Positions 1 to 9,045 of a stretch of 64,000 bases of DNA are shown in pieces. Location: positions 3,647 through 67,646 of the forward strand of contig JAGBBN010000012.1 in the NCBI GenBank assembly GCA_017938445.1, in the 5' to 3' direction. How positions within the stretch are numbered: the stretch's first letter is position 1; each line of letters begins with the position of its first letter. Made by a program: the position numbers and the translations under genes. This DNA is from Clostridia bacterium (GTDB lineage: Bacteria; Bacillota; Clostridia; Oscillospirales; Acutalibacteraceae). The notes beneath the pieces are model-generated. The model made no database searches, had not been told where the DNA came from, and worked only from the letters and a program-made list of their open reading frames with translations.

Positions 1-291
1 TCTAAGGCGTTAGCCGTTGATTTAGGACCTTACGGTATACGCTGTAATGTTGTGTTACCGGGAACTATAAAAACCGAGCGTTGGGTTCAAATGGGCAGTA
101 AGCAAATAGTTAACGGTACCCTTACTCCTATAGGCGATATATCCGATTTTGAGGATATCGCCAATGCTGCCTTCTTCTTTGGCTCAGATGCTTCTAAAAA
201 CGTTACGGGAGCAGAGTTGATTTTAGATGGTGGAATGAGCTGTCAGCTATATCCTCAGCTTCTGAACGACCTTAAAAGAAAAATGATGTAA
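1..291 (+). CDS. SDR-family oxidoreductase, C-terminal fragment (5' end lies outside the window)
   Basis: Frame 1 is open from base 1 (SKALAVDLGPYGIRCNVVLPGTIKT...FFFGSDASKNVTGAELILDGG), which is typical of the C-terminal half of a short-chain dehydrogenase. Stop codon at 289-291, followed by a hairpin terminator. Confidence 0.75.
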   Translation, partial: SKALAVDLGPYGIRCNVVLPGTIKTERWVQMGSKQIVNGTLTPIGDISDFEDIANAAFFFGSDASKNVTGAELILDGGMSCQLYPQLLNDLKRKMM

Positions 292-295
292 AATT

Positions 296-320
296 AAAAC
301 CCCCGAAATTCGGGGGTTTT
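296..320. terminator. Bidirectional intrinsic terminator between the SDR gene and htrA
   Basis: AAAACCCCCGAA-att-TTCGGGGGTTTT hairpin with A/T runs on both sides, sitting between convergent genes. Confidence 0.7.
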
Positions 321-323
321 CTT

Positions 324-1619
324 TTAGTTATTAGAACCAATTGTAACTGTAGTAGTATAATAATTACCGCCTCGGTAAATCTTTGCTTCAACCTTTTCTC
401 CGGGGCTGCATTGCTCTATTAACTGGTCAAGCATTTCATATTCGGATATCTTAGTTCCATCAAATTCAGTTACGATATCTCCTCTTCTTATTCCTGCAGT
501 ATCGGCAGGGCTTCCCTCGGCAACGCTTAGTACAACCGCTCCCGATGGATAGCCATAGAAAGAAAGCACCTGTGAGCTATATTTTTCACTAACGGTAATT
601 CCAACATAGGGTTCGGGTTCGTTTTCCTTGGAGATTATATCATCACAAACCTCAATAACCTTATCAATAGGTATAGCAAATCCCATTCCCTCGTATTCCT
701 CGGAAACTATTTTTGAACTGTTTATACCCACGAGCTGTCCCTTAACGTTAACCAGTGCTCCGCCTGAGTTACCGGGGTTAATGGCGGCATCGGTCTGAAT
801 AAGCTCAATGTCAGAATTGCTTGAAACAACACGGTCGAGACCGCTTATAACACCGTAGGTAACGCTATCCATAAATTCAAGTCCGCCGGGATTTCCCACA
901 GTTATAACATACTGGCCAACCTTTAGGGAATCTGCATCGCCTATTTCGGCGGCGGTAAGTCCCTTAACATTTATTTTTATAACCGCAAGGTCGGTTGAAA
1001 TATTATAGCCAACAACCGCCGCAGTATAAGGCTCATCCGTTTCCTTATCAAGGTAGACCTCTATTTTGGAGCCGTTTGAAGAAATAGCATCAGCAATAAC
1101 GTGATAGTTTGTTATTATATATCCGTCAGAGGAATAAACTACTCCGCTTCCCTCTCCTGTTTGCTCGTTTCCTCCACCGAAAAAGCTTATAACCGATGTG
1201 GTTGTTCGAATTCCCACAACGCTTGGTGTTACCTTTGTAGCAACAGCTTCAACCACCGATTCTGCAGTTTTATCAATATTGATACTAACGTTATTAGGTG
1301 TTAGTACAGTTCCGTTGTCGGTGTTTTCAGCCTTGAAAATATAAGGCATAGCAATCATCGAGCTTACAGCCCCTATAACAGCGGCTAAAACCGCCGATAA
1401 AACAACTACCCCTGCGCCATATTTTTTCTTTGATTTTTTAGGCGCAGTATAATAGTTATTGCCGTTATTATAATTAGGTGTATATGAGCTATACGAGCTT
1501 GAATAATAACTGTTGTCTGAAGGCTCTGCTTTATCCTGAATTATTTCATCGCTTTTTTTAGTATAAAAGCCATCAGACGAAAAATCGTTTTTGTTTTCCA
1601 TAAATCTATCCCCATTCAT
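324..1619 (-). CDS. htrA: HtrA/DegP-family serine protease with an N-terminal membrane anchor and a C-terminal PDZ domain
   Basis: Trypsin-like triad context (ITNYHVI, DLAVIKI, GNSGGALVN), a hydrophobic anchor (GAGVVVLSAVLAAVIGAV) and a PDZ-like tail. An alternative start at 1601 (MENKNDF) is possible. Confidence 0.85.
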   Translation of the reverse strand: MNGDRFMENKNDFSSDGFYTKKSDEIIQDKAEPSDNSYYSSSYSSYTPNYNNGNNYYTAPKKSKKKYGAGVVVLSAVLAAVIGAVSSMIAMPYIFKAENTDNGTVLTPNNVSINIDKTAESVVEAVATKVTPSVVGIRTTTSVISFFGGGNEQTGEGSGVVYSSDGYIITNYHVIADAISSNGSKIEVYLDKETDEPYTAAVVGYNISTDLAVIKINVKGLTAAEIGDADSLKVGQYVITVGNPGGLEFMDSVTYGVISGLDRVVSSNSDIELIQTDAAINPGNSGGALVNVKGQLVGINSSKIVSEEYEGMGFAIPIDKVIEVCDDIISKENEPEPYVGITVSEKYSSQVLSFYGYPSGAVVLSVAEGSPADTAGIRRGDIVTEFDGTKISEYEMLDQLIEQCSPGEKVEAKIYRGGNYYTTTVTIGSNN

Positions 1620-1694
1620 ACGGATTTTGATATTATAATTTTAACCGCATATTTTAACATTTTTAATTCAATTATATGAACAAAAAATAAATTT

Positions 1695-2132
1695 TTACCA
1701 AATTATGATTATTTGTACTATCTGCACCAAGAATAAAAGGACCACACGAATTAACGAAATATTAATTTTTATACCCTGGGCACAGCTACTGACAATAAAT
1801 GAAAGAGCAGTAACGATAGCCGCTTCGTTTATTATCCAACCTGATTTTGTTATATAAAAGATAAGAAATAACCAGGTTAATACCGTAAAAAATACCTTTA
1901 ATTGATTATTCGTATTTTTATATGAGCGCCCTATAACTAAAAGGACCAGTTCGCAGAATAAAAGCTGAAAAAACAGATGTATGGCACCACTTACATTGGG
2001 CTTTATAAATAAAAGCAAATCGGGTATTAAAATGGGGTTATTTATTAACAGCAAATAAGCAGGCGATATTATTACACCCACCAAAAATACCACTATTTCA
2101 CTTAACTTTATGCTTTTAAATTTAATATTCAT
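1695..2132 (-). CDS. Hypothetical multi-pass membrane protein
   Basis: 145-aa ORF with 4-5 hydrophobic segments. GGGAG lies 6 nt upstream of the ATG. I recognise no family. Confidence 0.5.
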   Translation of the reverse strand: MNIKFKSIKLSEIVVFLVGVIISPAYLLLINNPILIPDLLLFIKPNVSGAIHLFFQLLFCELVLLVIGRSYKNTNNQLKVFFTVLTWLFLIFYITKSGWIINEAAIVTALSFIVSSCAQGIKINISLIRVVLLFLVQIVQIIIIW

Positions 2133-2173
2133 AAAAAACTCCCTTTTGGCTAATATATTATTTCCAAAAGGGA
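2133..2173 (-). terminator. Intrinsic terminator after the HAD gene; its 3' arm carries the SD of the next gene
   Basis: Minus-strand TCCCTTTTGG-14 nt-CCAAAAGGGA followed by GTTTTTT and then directly by the ATG of the 1695-2132 ORF. Confidence 0.55.
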
Positions 2174-2179
2174 ATTGTT

Positions 2180-2866
2180 TTATTTAAGTATACTATCTAT
2201 TTCAGATAATTTTTTAACCTCATACTTTGTCTCATATTCAGTTTTTTTACCACCGGGATTATACCAACAAACATCAATTCCCGAATTAATTCCTCCAAGA
2301 ATATCAGAGCTGGGTGAATCTCCTATAATAAGCATTTTTCCCTTATCCTTTTCAGCAATATTTGAAATAACGTAATCAAAATATTCCTTTTCAGGCTTCT
2401 GATGTCCCGCATCCTCTGATACGAAAACACCATCAAAAAGCTCTCCTAATCCCGATTCTTTAATTCGGCGATACTGGGTTGAAGATAATCCGTTGGTTGT
2501 AGCATAAACCTTATAGCCTCGGCTTTTTAAAAGCTTTACTATATCGTGGGCTCCTTCAACAGTCTGATGCTCTAAAGAAAGTCCACAGCTATATTCCTTT
2601 GAGATTTTCTCCGGGTCTCCCTTTTCACCGTAAAGCTCTAAAAAGGACTGAAATCTGCCTGCAAAAATTGCAGTTTTAGGAATTTCTCCCCTTTCGAATC
2701 TCTCCCAATAGCTTTGGTTTATCCTAGAATAATTTTTAACCGCCTCTTCGCTACAGGGAAGTCCATTTCTTTCCAGTACCTTTTTAACTGCCGCCTTTTC
2801 TGCGGCTTTAAAATCGAGAAGAGTATCGTCAAGGTCAAAAAATATGGATGAATACTTTTTTATCAT
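2180..2866 (-). CDS. HAD-superfamily hydrolase (YjjG-like nucleotidase/phosphatase)
   Basis: DxDxT motif (FFDLDDTLLDF) and the C-terminal GDSPSSDI motif. Overlaps the galU stop by 4 nt. Confidence 0.8.
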   Translation of the reverse strand: MIKKYSSIFFDLDDTLLDFKAAEKAAVKKVLERNGLPCSEEAVKNYSRINQSYWERFERGEIPKTAIFAGRFQSFLELYGEKGDPEKISKEYSCGLSLEHQTVEGAHDIVKLLKSRGYKVYATTNGLSSTQYRRIKESGLGELFDGVFVSEDAGHQKPEKEYFDYVISNIAEKDKGKMLIIGDSPSSDILGGINSGIDVCWYNPGGKKTEYETKYEVKKLSEIDSILK

Positions 2867-3732
2867 ATTTTATTTGCTAAATCCTTGATGTATTCCTTAA
2901 GCTCATCCTTAACCTCGGGATGATTAAGGCCTACCTCAATATTTGCCTTAAGTATTCCGAATTTATTACCCATATCATATCTTGTTCCGCTGAAATCGAC
3001 ACCTATCATGCCCTTTTCCACAGCGATTTGCTTCATAGCATCGGTAAGCTGAAGTTCATTTCCTGCACCGAGGGGTGTTTTTTCAAGAATATCAAATATC
3101 TCATTGCTGAGAACACAGCGACCAAGAACCGAGAAATTAGAGAATTTTTCTGAGAGTGCAGGTTTTTCTATCATATCGCTTACAGCGTATACCTTATCCT
3201 CTTTTTTCTCTACCTTTAAAGAGCTGTATTTAACGAGAAGCTCATCAGATACCTCTTTTATGCCTACAACACTCTTGCCGTATTTCTCATAAGCCTCAAT
3301 CATTTCACCGATTGCAGGAATCTCGCCGATTATAACATCGTCGCCGTAAAGCACTGCAAAGGGCTCATCTCCAACAAAGTTTCTGGCACGTAAAACTGCA
3401 TCTCCAAGGCCTCTTGTTTCCTTCTGACGAAGATAATAAACGTTGCATATATTTGCGGCTCCTTGAACCTTTGCAAGCATTTCGGTGTTACCCTTTCTTT
3501 CGAGGGCGTGTTCTATTTCAAGAGAATGATCAAAATGATTTTCAATTACCTCTTTGCCACGGTTTGTGATAATGAGTACATCGGTAATTCCTGCCTTGGC
3601 AGCCTCCTCAACGATATACTGAATTGCCGGCTTATCAACTATAGGAAGCATCTCCTTAGGCATAGCCTTTGTTGCCGGCAAAACTCTTGTTCCGAGTCCT
3701 GCTGCAGGGATTATTGCTTTTCTGATTTTCAT
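2863..3732 (-). CDS. galU: UTP--glucose-1-phosphate uridylyltransferase
   Basis: N-terminus MKIRKAIIPAAGLGTRVLPATKAMPKEMLPIVDKPAIQYIVEE is the canonical GalU signature. Confidence 0.9.
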   Translation of the reverse strand: MKIRKAIIPAAGLGTRVLPATKAMPKEMLPIVDKPAIQYIVEEAAKAGITDVLIITNRGKEVIENHFDHSLEIEHALERKGNTEMLAKVQGAANICNVYYLRQKETRGLGDAVLRARNFVGDEPFAVLYGDDVIIGEIPAIGEMIEAYEKYGKSVVGIKEVSDELLVKYSSLKVEKKEDKVYAVSDMIEKPALSEKFSNFSVLGRCVLSNEIFDILEKTPLGAGNELQLTDAMKQIAVEKGMIGVDFSGTRYDMGNKFGILKANIEVGLNHPEVKDELKEYIKDLANKI

Positions 3733-3745
3733 TTTAATTTCTCCT

Positions 3746-4567
3746 TTATCTGTTTAATAAATATATCAACAAAACTGCTCCGGAAAGCAGATTTTCAACC
3801 GTTATCTTAATTAAAATTCCTACAGCAAGCATACCGCCTGATGTGCCGCCTACCGCCGAAAGACCAAGCTTATAATATCTTTGGTCAAGCCCTGATTGCT
3901 GATATTTTCTTATTCTGTCAACACAACTGCACCTGTAAAACCAGTTTGCGAACATACCCATAACAATAGCAGTAACCGTACCTGCAAAATCGTTTATGTA
4001 TTCTGCCACAGTTGCACTAACACCACCATTACTTGCAATATTCTCGATTGCCTCCAGCATTTGCTCTACAGAGGTGGATTTACTTGCATTTATAATTCCC
4101 TCTATGGCCGCTGTAGCACTGTCATATGTAACCGCACTGGTAATTCCGACGAGTAAAACTCCTATCGCTACCAGAACAAATGCTACCTTGTACATTTTTC
4201 TGTAAAAACACCATATAGCCGAGCCAAAGGGTCCAAGAGCAAGTCCTAAAACAGCGGCAGGCCAATGCCAGGATATCTTACTTTGAGTAAGCTCCATTTT
4301 ACTGAATTTACGGCAATAGTAATCAGATTTTTTGCCTACATAAAGACCTATTTGTTCCATAGGAATACCGTCAATATTATCAGCTATAAAATCATCAACC
4401 TTGCTTTTTTGATCGGCGTAATTACCGCCGAAATCGGAAGCGGTATAACTACTGTTAGCTTGGGAATAAGCATCCTCCGATTTGCTTAAATCCGCACCGC
4501 AATTTTTACAGTATAAATATTCCTTTTCATTTTCAGTTTTACATTCATGACATATTCTTTTATCCAT
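3746..4567 (-). CDS. Zinc-ribbon membrane protein (DUF2628-like), paralog of the upstream gene
   Basis: N-terminal CxxC-x11-CxxC (CHECKTENEKEYLYCKNC) followed by a hydrophobic domain with SWHWPAAVLG...CFYRKMY. Its start codon abuts the stop of the upstream paralog. Confidence 0.65.
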   Translation of the reverse strand: MDKRICHECKTENEKEYLYCKNCGADLSKSEDAYSQANSSYTASDFGGNYADQKSKVDDFIADNIDGIPMEQIGLYVGKKSDYYCRKFSKMELTQSKISWHWPAAVLGLALGPFGSAIWCFYRKMYKVAFVLVAIGVLLVGITSAVTYDSATAAIEGIINASKSTSVEQMLEAIENIASNGGVSATVAEYINDFAGTVTAIVMGMFANWFYRCSCVDRIRKYQQSGLDQRYYKLGLSAVGGTSGGMLAVGILIKITVENLLSGAVLLIYLLNR

Positions 4568-5524
4568 TTATATCACCAAACTCATTATTATCATAGGAAG
4601 GTAATTCAGTGCCAAAATACCCACCATCATAGCAACGATATTAACTCCGCCCTTTTTACGGAAATCATAATCCTTATCTTCGCTTTTTTCCTTAATTTCC
4701 TTTATAGTGCTTACAGCATAGCTCTTATAGAAATAATCACCGAATATGGCTAAAACAAATCTTAAAACAGCCTCGGCTATCATACCGATTACTGCCGCTA
4801 TTAAAACGCCTGAATCAATTTTTGGCAAAATATCATAAACATACTGCATCATATCAGCATACTGCACCGTTTCAACGGGGGTAAGATCATAAAGCAAACT
4901 GCTGAGCGGCATTACCAATATTGCTGCAGCAACAAGAATAACGCTGATTATAACCCCCGCTTTATACATTTTTCTTGCTAAAAGCCATCCTCCCGGGAAC
5001 AGAAAAGCCATCCAATTCCAGGAAGCCTTGCTCATTTTGCTCAAACGGGCAAACTTGGGGATGTATCTATGGGTGTTGGTTATAACAAATTTCTTAGCTT
5101 CATCAGCAGTTACACCCTCGCCAATATCGTAATCGGCAGGTATTCCGCCAAGGAAATCAAACCCATCAAAGCCTTCGCCGAATTTCTCCATATTTGGAGC
5201 TCCGCAATTAGGACAGGCATTAAGGGTTATATCATATCTCTCATGACACATACCGCAGCTTCTTGTTCCCTCATTACCCGAAGAAACAAAGGGCTCGGTT
5301 TTAGGCGCTCCCTGCTGTGCCCTGATAGTAGCTTTTTTAAATTGCTCTTTCCTATCATACTGATTATCGGTTCCGTGAAGCTCAGCTAAGGCGCAATGAC
5401 CTAATTTGCTGTAACATTCTCTGTGATGAGGTGCCCCACATTCGGGACAAAAAACCACATCATCATCTTCAAACAGATAGGCGTGGCATACAGGGCAACT
5501 CAGTCCCTCTATTTTTAAACTCAT
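4568..5524 (-). CDS. PHD/RING-like zinc finger + zinc ribbon + DUF2628-like membrane domain protein
   Basis: CPVC-x13-CPEC-x4-H-x2-C-x6-HC, then CGMC-x11-CPNC, then a membrane domain (SWNWMAFLFPGGWLLARKMY). Confidence 0.65.
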   Translation of the reverse strand: MSLKIEGLSCPVCHAYLFEDDDVVFCPECGAPHHRECYSKLGHCALAELHGTDNQYDRKEQFKKATIRAQQGAPKTEPFVSSGNEGTRSCGMCHERYDITLNACPNCGAPNMEKFGEGFDGFDFLGGIPADYDIGEGVTADEAKKFVITNTHRYIPKFARLSKMSKASWNWMAFLFPGGWLLARKMYKAGVIISVILVAAAILVMPLSSLLYDLTPVETVQYADMMQYVYDILPKIDSGVLIAAVIGMIAEAVLRFVLAIFGDYFYKSYAVSTIKEIKEKSEDKDYDFRKKGGVNIVAMMVGILALNYLPMIIMSLVI

Positions 5525-5548
5525 ACTTTTCTCCTGTTAAGACCTTGA

Positions 5549-6073
5549 TTAAACTACTGCAGTGCGGAATTCATCCAGCTTTGAAAATACCCTTTCAAAG
5601 TATTCCTTACCGTAATTATGAAACTGACCGTTTTTTATCATACCTTCAAGCTCCTGCTTTGTTACCCATTTTGCCTGTGCTACCTCGCTTTTCTGCAAGG
5701 TAAGCTGATCGGCAGGAGTATTGATATTTATCGCCCATACATCAAGCAAGGAATTTCTTCTTTTAATACGTGTTAATTTTTTAAGGGTATTTTCATTGGA
5801 AGCGATACCTAATTCCTCAAAAAGCTCTCTTGAAGCGGCGGTAAATGAATCCTCTCCTGAAACGGCAGCTCCACCGGTTGCCGCCCATTCACCGGGCATC
5901 AATTTCTTGCTTTCCGAACGCTTTTGAAGAAGAATTTTTCCATCATCCGATACAATCCAGATATGAACAACAAGATGATATTCACCGCTCCGCAGAATTG
6001 CCCGACCACGAAGGGTTACCTTACCGGTGGGCTTTCCCTTTTCATCGATTATATCCCATTTTTCATTATACAT
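5549..6073 (-). CDS. NUDIX hydrolase
   Basis: Nudix box GGAAVSGEDSFTAASRELFEELGI. Confidence 0.85.
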   Translation of the reverse strand: MYNEKWDIIDEKGKPTGKVTLRGRAILRSGEYHLVVHIWIVSDDGKILLQKRSESKKLMPGEWAATGGAAVSGEDSFTAASRELFEELGIASNENTLKKLTRIKRRNSLLDVWAININTPADQLTLQKSEVAQAKWVTKQELEGMIKNGQFHNYGKEYFERVFSKLDEFRTAVV

Positions 6074-6737
6074 AAATCTTTTTTACGACCTCTCCGGCAT
6101 TCTTATAAATGCTGTCAGAAGGAATATAACCCCTAACCATTGAGAGGGGATAAATATTGCTTTTCTTTCCCACAACGGTTCCGGGATTTAGTACACTGCC
6201 GCAACCAACCTCAACATAGTCACCAAGTATTGCGCCGAATTTTTTAAGTCCTGTATCAATTTTGGTATCCTCGGTTTTAATGGTTACAAGGGTTTTATCC
6301 GATTTAACGTTAGAGGTTATAGAGCCTGCGCCCATATGCGAGCCATAGCCTAAAATAGAATCGCCCACATAGTTATAATGAGGCACCTGAACCTTACCTA
6401 CAAGAACGACGTTTTTAAGCTCGGTTGAATTTCCAACAACGCAATCATTCCCAACAAGAGCATTGCCACGGATAAACGCACAGTGTCTGACTTCCGTATT
6501 CTCTCCTATTATACAAGGACCGGTTATACTGGCACTATCGGCAATTTTTGCGGTTTTAGCTATCCAGATATTTTCTCCCTTTTGCTCGTATACTCTTTTA
6601 TCCAGTTTAGGACCTATTTCCTTAATATAATCACCTATATGAGGCAATACTTCATAAGGGTACTCAAAGGAACTCAGGAGCTTCTCTGAAACAGTTCCGG
6701 CAAATTCTATTAAATCAACCGTTTTTAGGTTAGGCAT
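6066..6737 (-). CDS. Left-handed beta-helix (hexapeptide-repeat) protein, GlmU C-terminal-like
   Basis: Repeated [LIV]-G-x4 hexapeptides (IIGENTEV, VGNDCVVGNSTEL, VGDSILGYGSHMGAGS, VGCGSVLNPGTVVG). Overlaps the NUDIX start by 8 nt. Confidence 0.7.
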   Translation of the reverse strand: MPNLKTVDLIEFAGTVSEKLLSSFEYPYEVLPHIGDYIKEIGPKLDKRVYEQKGENIWIAKTAKIADSASITGPCIIGENTEVRHCAFIRGNALVGNDCVVGNSTELKNVVLVGKVQVPHYNYVGDSILGYGSHMGAGSITSNVKSDKTLVTIKTEDTKIDTGLKKFGAILGDYVEVGCGSVLNPGTVVGKKSNIYPLSMVRGYIPSDSIYKNAGEVVKKIYV

Positions 6738-6822
6738 AGCTTTCCTTCCTTTCCAGCATAGTTATACATTTTTAATTATACCAAATCGGTAAATGATTTT
6801 CAACAATTTATATATTTTCCTA

Positions 6823-6851
6823 TTGTAAATTTTTTGTTTCTATATTATAAT
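6823..6851 (+). promoter_or_regulatory. SigmaA-type promoter for the SRP RNA
   Basis: TTGTAA-17 nt-TATAAT. Confidence 0.55.
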
Positions 6852-6857
6852 GGTTAA

Positions 6858-7046
6858 GGGAAATCGAAACTGATAAGTTTCGACAAACTACAATCATTAT
6901 AACCATTGCGTGCCGAAGTGTGCGAATGGGCGGGTCCTGTGCGACGGGACGCTACGAACCATGTCAGGCGGGGAACCGAGCAGCATTAAGTAGTTTTTCC
7001 TGTGCGCCGCAGTAAATCGGCTCATTCGTACACTTGGGTACGCAAG
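6858..7046 (+). ncRNA. ffs: Signal recognition particle RNA (core 6908-7043; 5' boundary uncertain)
   Basis: Domain IV motif CCAUGUCAGGCGGGGAACCGAGCAGC matches E. coli CCAGGUCAGGUCCGGAAGGAAGCAGC. 5' GCGTGCCGAAGTGTGCGAATGGGC pairs with 3' GCTCATTCGTACACTTGGGTACGC. A T-run follows. The position upstream of dnaX is the conserved Firmicute synteny. Confidence 0.85.
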
Positions 7047-7069
7047 TTTTTTAATTACGAGGTGAAAAA

Positions 7070-8689
7070 ATGGCTTATCAGGCACTTTACCGAAAATATC
7101 GCCCCAAAACCTTTTCCGATGTTATAGGTCAGGAGCATATAACCGAAACTCTCAAAAACGAGTTGGCTACGAATAAAACGGTCCATGCCTATCTGTTTAC
7201 GGGGACCAGAGGAACGGGCAAAACCAGTTGCGCTAAAATTTTAGCAAGAGCTGTCAACTGCCTTCATCCGGTTAATGGTGACCCCTGTCTTGAATGTGAA
7301 GCCTGTAAATTGACCGATGAAGGTGAAAACACCGATATCGTAGAAATCGATGCCGCTTCTAACAATAATGTTGATAACATCCGAGACCTCAGGGACCAGA
7401 TTTCCTTCACTCCCACTTCTTCAAAATACAGAGTTTATATAATAGATGAGGTTCATATGCTAACCATAAATGCATTTAATGCCCTTCTTAAAACCCTTGA
7501 AGAACCACCTGCTCACGTTATATTTATTCTTGCTACAACCGAAGTGCACAAGCTTCCCAGTACTATTCTTTCCCGTTGTCAGCGTTTTGATTTTAAACGA
7601 ATAGAGCCGGAAAAAATTTGTGAAAGAATCAAATATATAGCCGATAAGGAGAATCTTACCGTTACCGATGACGCCGCAACACTTATTGCTTCTGCGGCAG
7701 ACGGCGGAATGAGAGATGCTCTTTCAATCCTTGATTTATGTGCCTCCGGCAGCAGCAACATTGATGAAAATACCGTTTCAAGTGTTTGCGCAATGGCGGG
7801 TAATGAATACCTTAACAGTCTTGCCGAAAGCATTAAAAATCAGGATTGCGAAAAGGCATTGCTTCTTCTTGATGAGCTTCATAATTCCTCGGTTGATATG
7901 CTCAGATTATTAAGTGAGCTTACATTGCATTACAGAAATCTTTTAATAATTAAAACAGTACGTTCCGATAAAAAGCCCATTGTATGCACATCTTCGCAGC
8001 TTAAAATCCTTGAAAAACAGGCTGCCGATTATGATATTAAAGATATTATGAGAACCCTTTCGGTGCTTCAAAGCTCTGCTGCACCGATGCAGAGTGGCAA
8101 CCGTCGTTCAGTAATGGAGATGGCTGTTATCAAGCTTTGCAATCCTTCTCTTTCGGGTGATATTGATTCCCTTGAAAAAAGAATTTCTATGCTTGAAAGT
8201 AAAATCTTATCTATGTCCTCCCTTCCGGTAGAAAAAACGGAAATCAAGGAAGAAAAGAAAGAGACTGAAATTGTAGCACAAGAGGAAGATATTCCTCCTA
8301 TCGAGTCCGAAGAAGAGCTCCCTGTAACTATCCCGGAGGAAGCTCCAAAATCGGAAGAAAAGAAAAATAGCTCATCTGCTATATCTCAGGTTGACGAATG
8401 GGATGAAATCGTTCAGCTTTTACAAAAATCAAGTCCCCTTATAGCGGGAGTTTTGAACGGCTCTAAGGCTTATATCAAGGGAGATTATCTACTGATAGAT
8501 GCACCTAACAGTCAATTCCGTTCCATGATTAACAGCTCGGCAAATTATAAAGACCATATAAGAAATGCCGCCCAAAGCATATTAGGCGGAACATATCGCT
8601 TAGGCCCTTACAATGCCGCAGTACATGAGGAATCTGAGGATCCCTTGGCAAAGCTTGCAGGCAAGCTTAAGAATCTCGAATTAAACTAA
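7070..8689 (+). CDS. dnaX: DNA polymerase III subunit gamma/tau
   Basis: GTRGTGKTS Walker A, DEVHML, SRCQRF sensor motif. Confidence 0.95.
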   Translation: MAYQALYRKYRPKTFSDVIGQEHITETLKNELATNKTVHAYLFTGTRGTGKTSCAKILARAVNCLHPVNGDPCLECEACKLTDEGENTDIVEIDAASNNNVDNIRDLRDQISFTPTSSKYRVYIIDEVHMLTINAFNALLKTLEEPPAHVIFILATTEVHKLPSTILSRCQRFDFKRIEPEKICERIKYIADKENLTVTDDAATLIASAADGGMRDALSILDLCASGSSNIDENTVSSVCAMAGNEYLNSLAESIKNQDCEKALLLLDELHNSSVDMLRLLSELTLHYRNLLIIKTVRSDKKPIVCTSSQLKILEKQAADYDIKDIMRTLSVLQSSAAPMQSGNRRSVMEMAVIKLCNPSLSGDIDSLEKRISMLESKILSMSSLPVEKTEIKEEKKETEIVAQEEDIPPIESEEELPVTIPEEAPKSEEKKNSSSAISQVDEWDEIVQLLQKSSPLIAGVLNGSKAYIKGDYLLIDAPNSQFRSMINSSANYKDHIRNAAQSILGGTYRLGPYNAAVHEESEDPLAKLAGKLKNLELN

Positions 8690-8703
8690 TAGGAGTAATC
8701 AAA

Positions 8704-9045
8704 ATGAAAGTAAGAATACCTAATTCCGGTGGACCGGGAAATATGAATCAAATGCTCAAACAGGCTCAGAAAATGCAGGAGGATATGGCTGCATTACAGG
8801 AAGACCTTGAACAAAGAGAATATACTGCTTCTTCGGGTGGCGGTATGATTGAAGTTACAGTAGACGGTAAGCACAACATAAAGCTTTTAAAGATTAATCC
8901 CGATGCAGTTGACCCTGAGGATGTTGAAATGCTTGAGGATCTTATAACCGTTGCCGTTAATGAGGCTATATCAAATGCGGCAAAAACAGCCGAGGAAGAA
9001 ATGGGCGCCATAACAGGCGGGCTTAATATGCCGGGACTGTTTTAA
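8704..9045 (+). CDS. ybaB: YbaB/EbfC-family nucleoid-associated protein
   Basis: NMNQMLKQAQKMQEDMAALQEDL... is typical of the family, and the dnaX-ybaB-recR synteny supports it. Confidence 0.9.
   Translation: MKVRIPNSGGPGNMNQMLKQAQKMQEDMAALQEDLEQREYTASSGGGMIEVTVDGKHNIKLLKINPDAVDPEDVEMLEDLITVAVNEAISNAAKTAEEEMGAITGGLNMPGLF

Noticed and set aside
6897-7085. Tracked ORFs overlapping RNA genes: 6897-7085 over the SRP RNA, 10854-11054 over the 5S rRNA, and 40324-40617 over the tRNAs and the hairpin element.
   Set aside because: These sequences are explained by conserved RNA genes or structures. The ORFs lack SD sequences and have implausible composition.
8174-8200. An A6G run (GAA AAA AGA) in dnaX near the domain III/IV boundary, with a -1-frame stop five codons later. 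This recalls the programmed frameshift or transcriptional slippage that produces the gamma subunit.
   Set aside because: The run is out of register for the canonical A AAA AAG heptamer (the A-site codon is AGA). Six A residues is short for transcriptional slippage, and I saw no convincing downstream stimulatory structure. It would need proteomic evidence.
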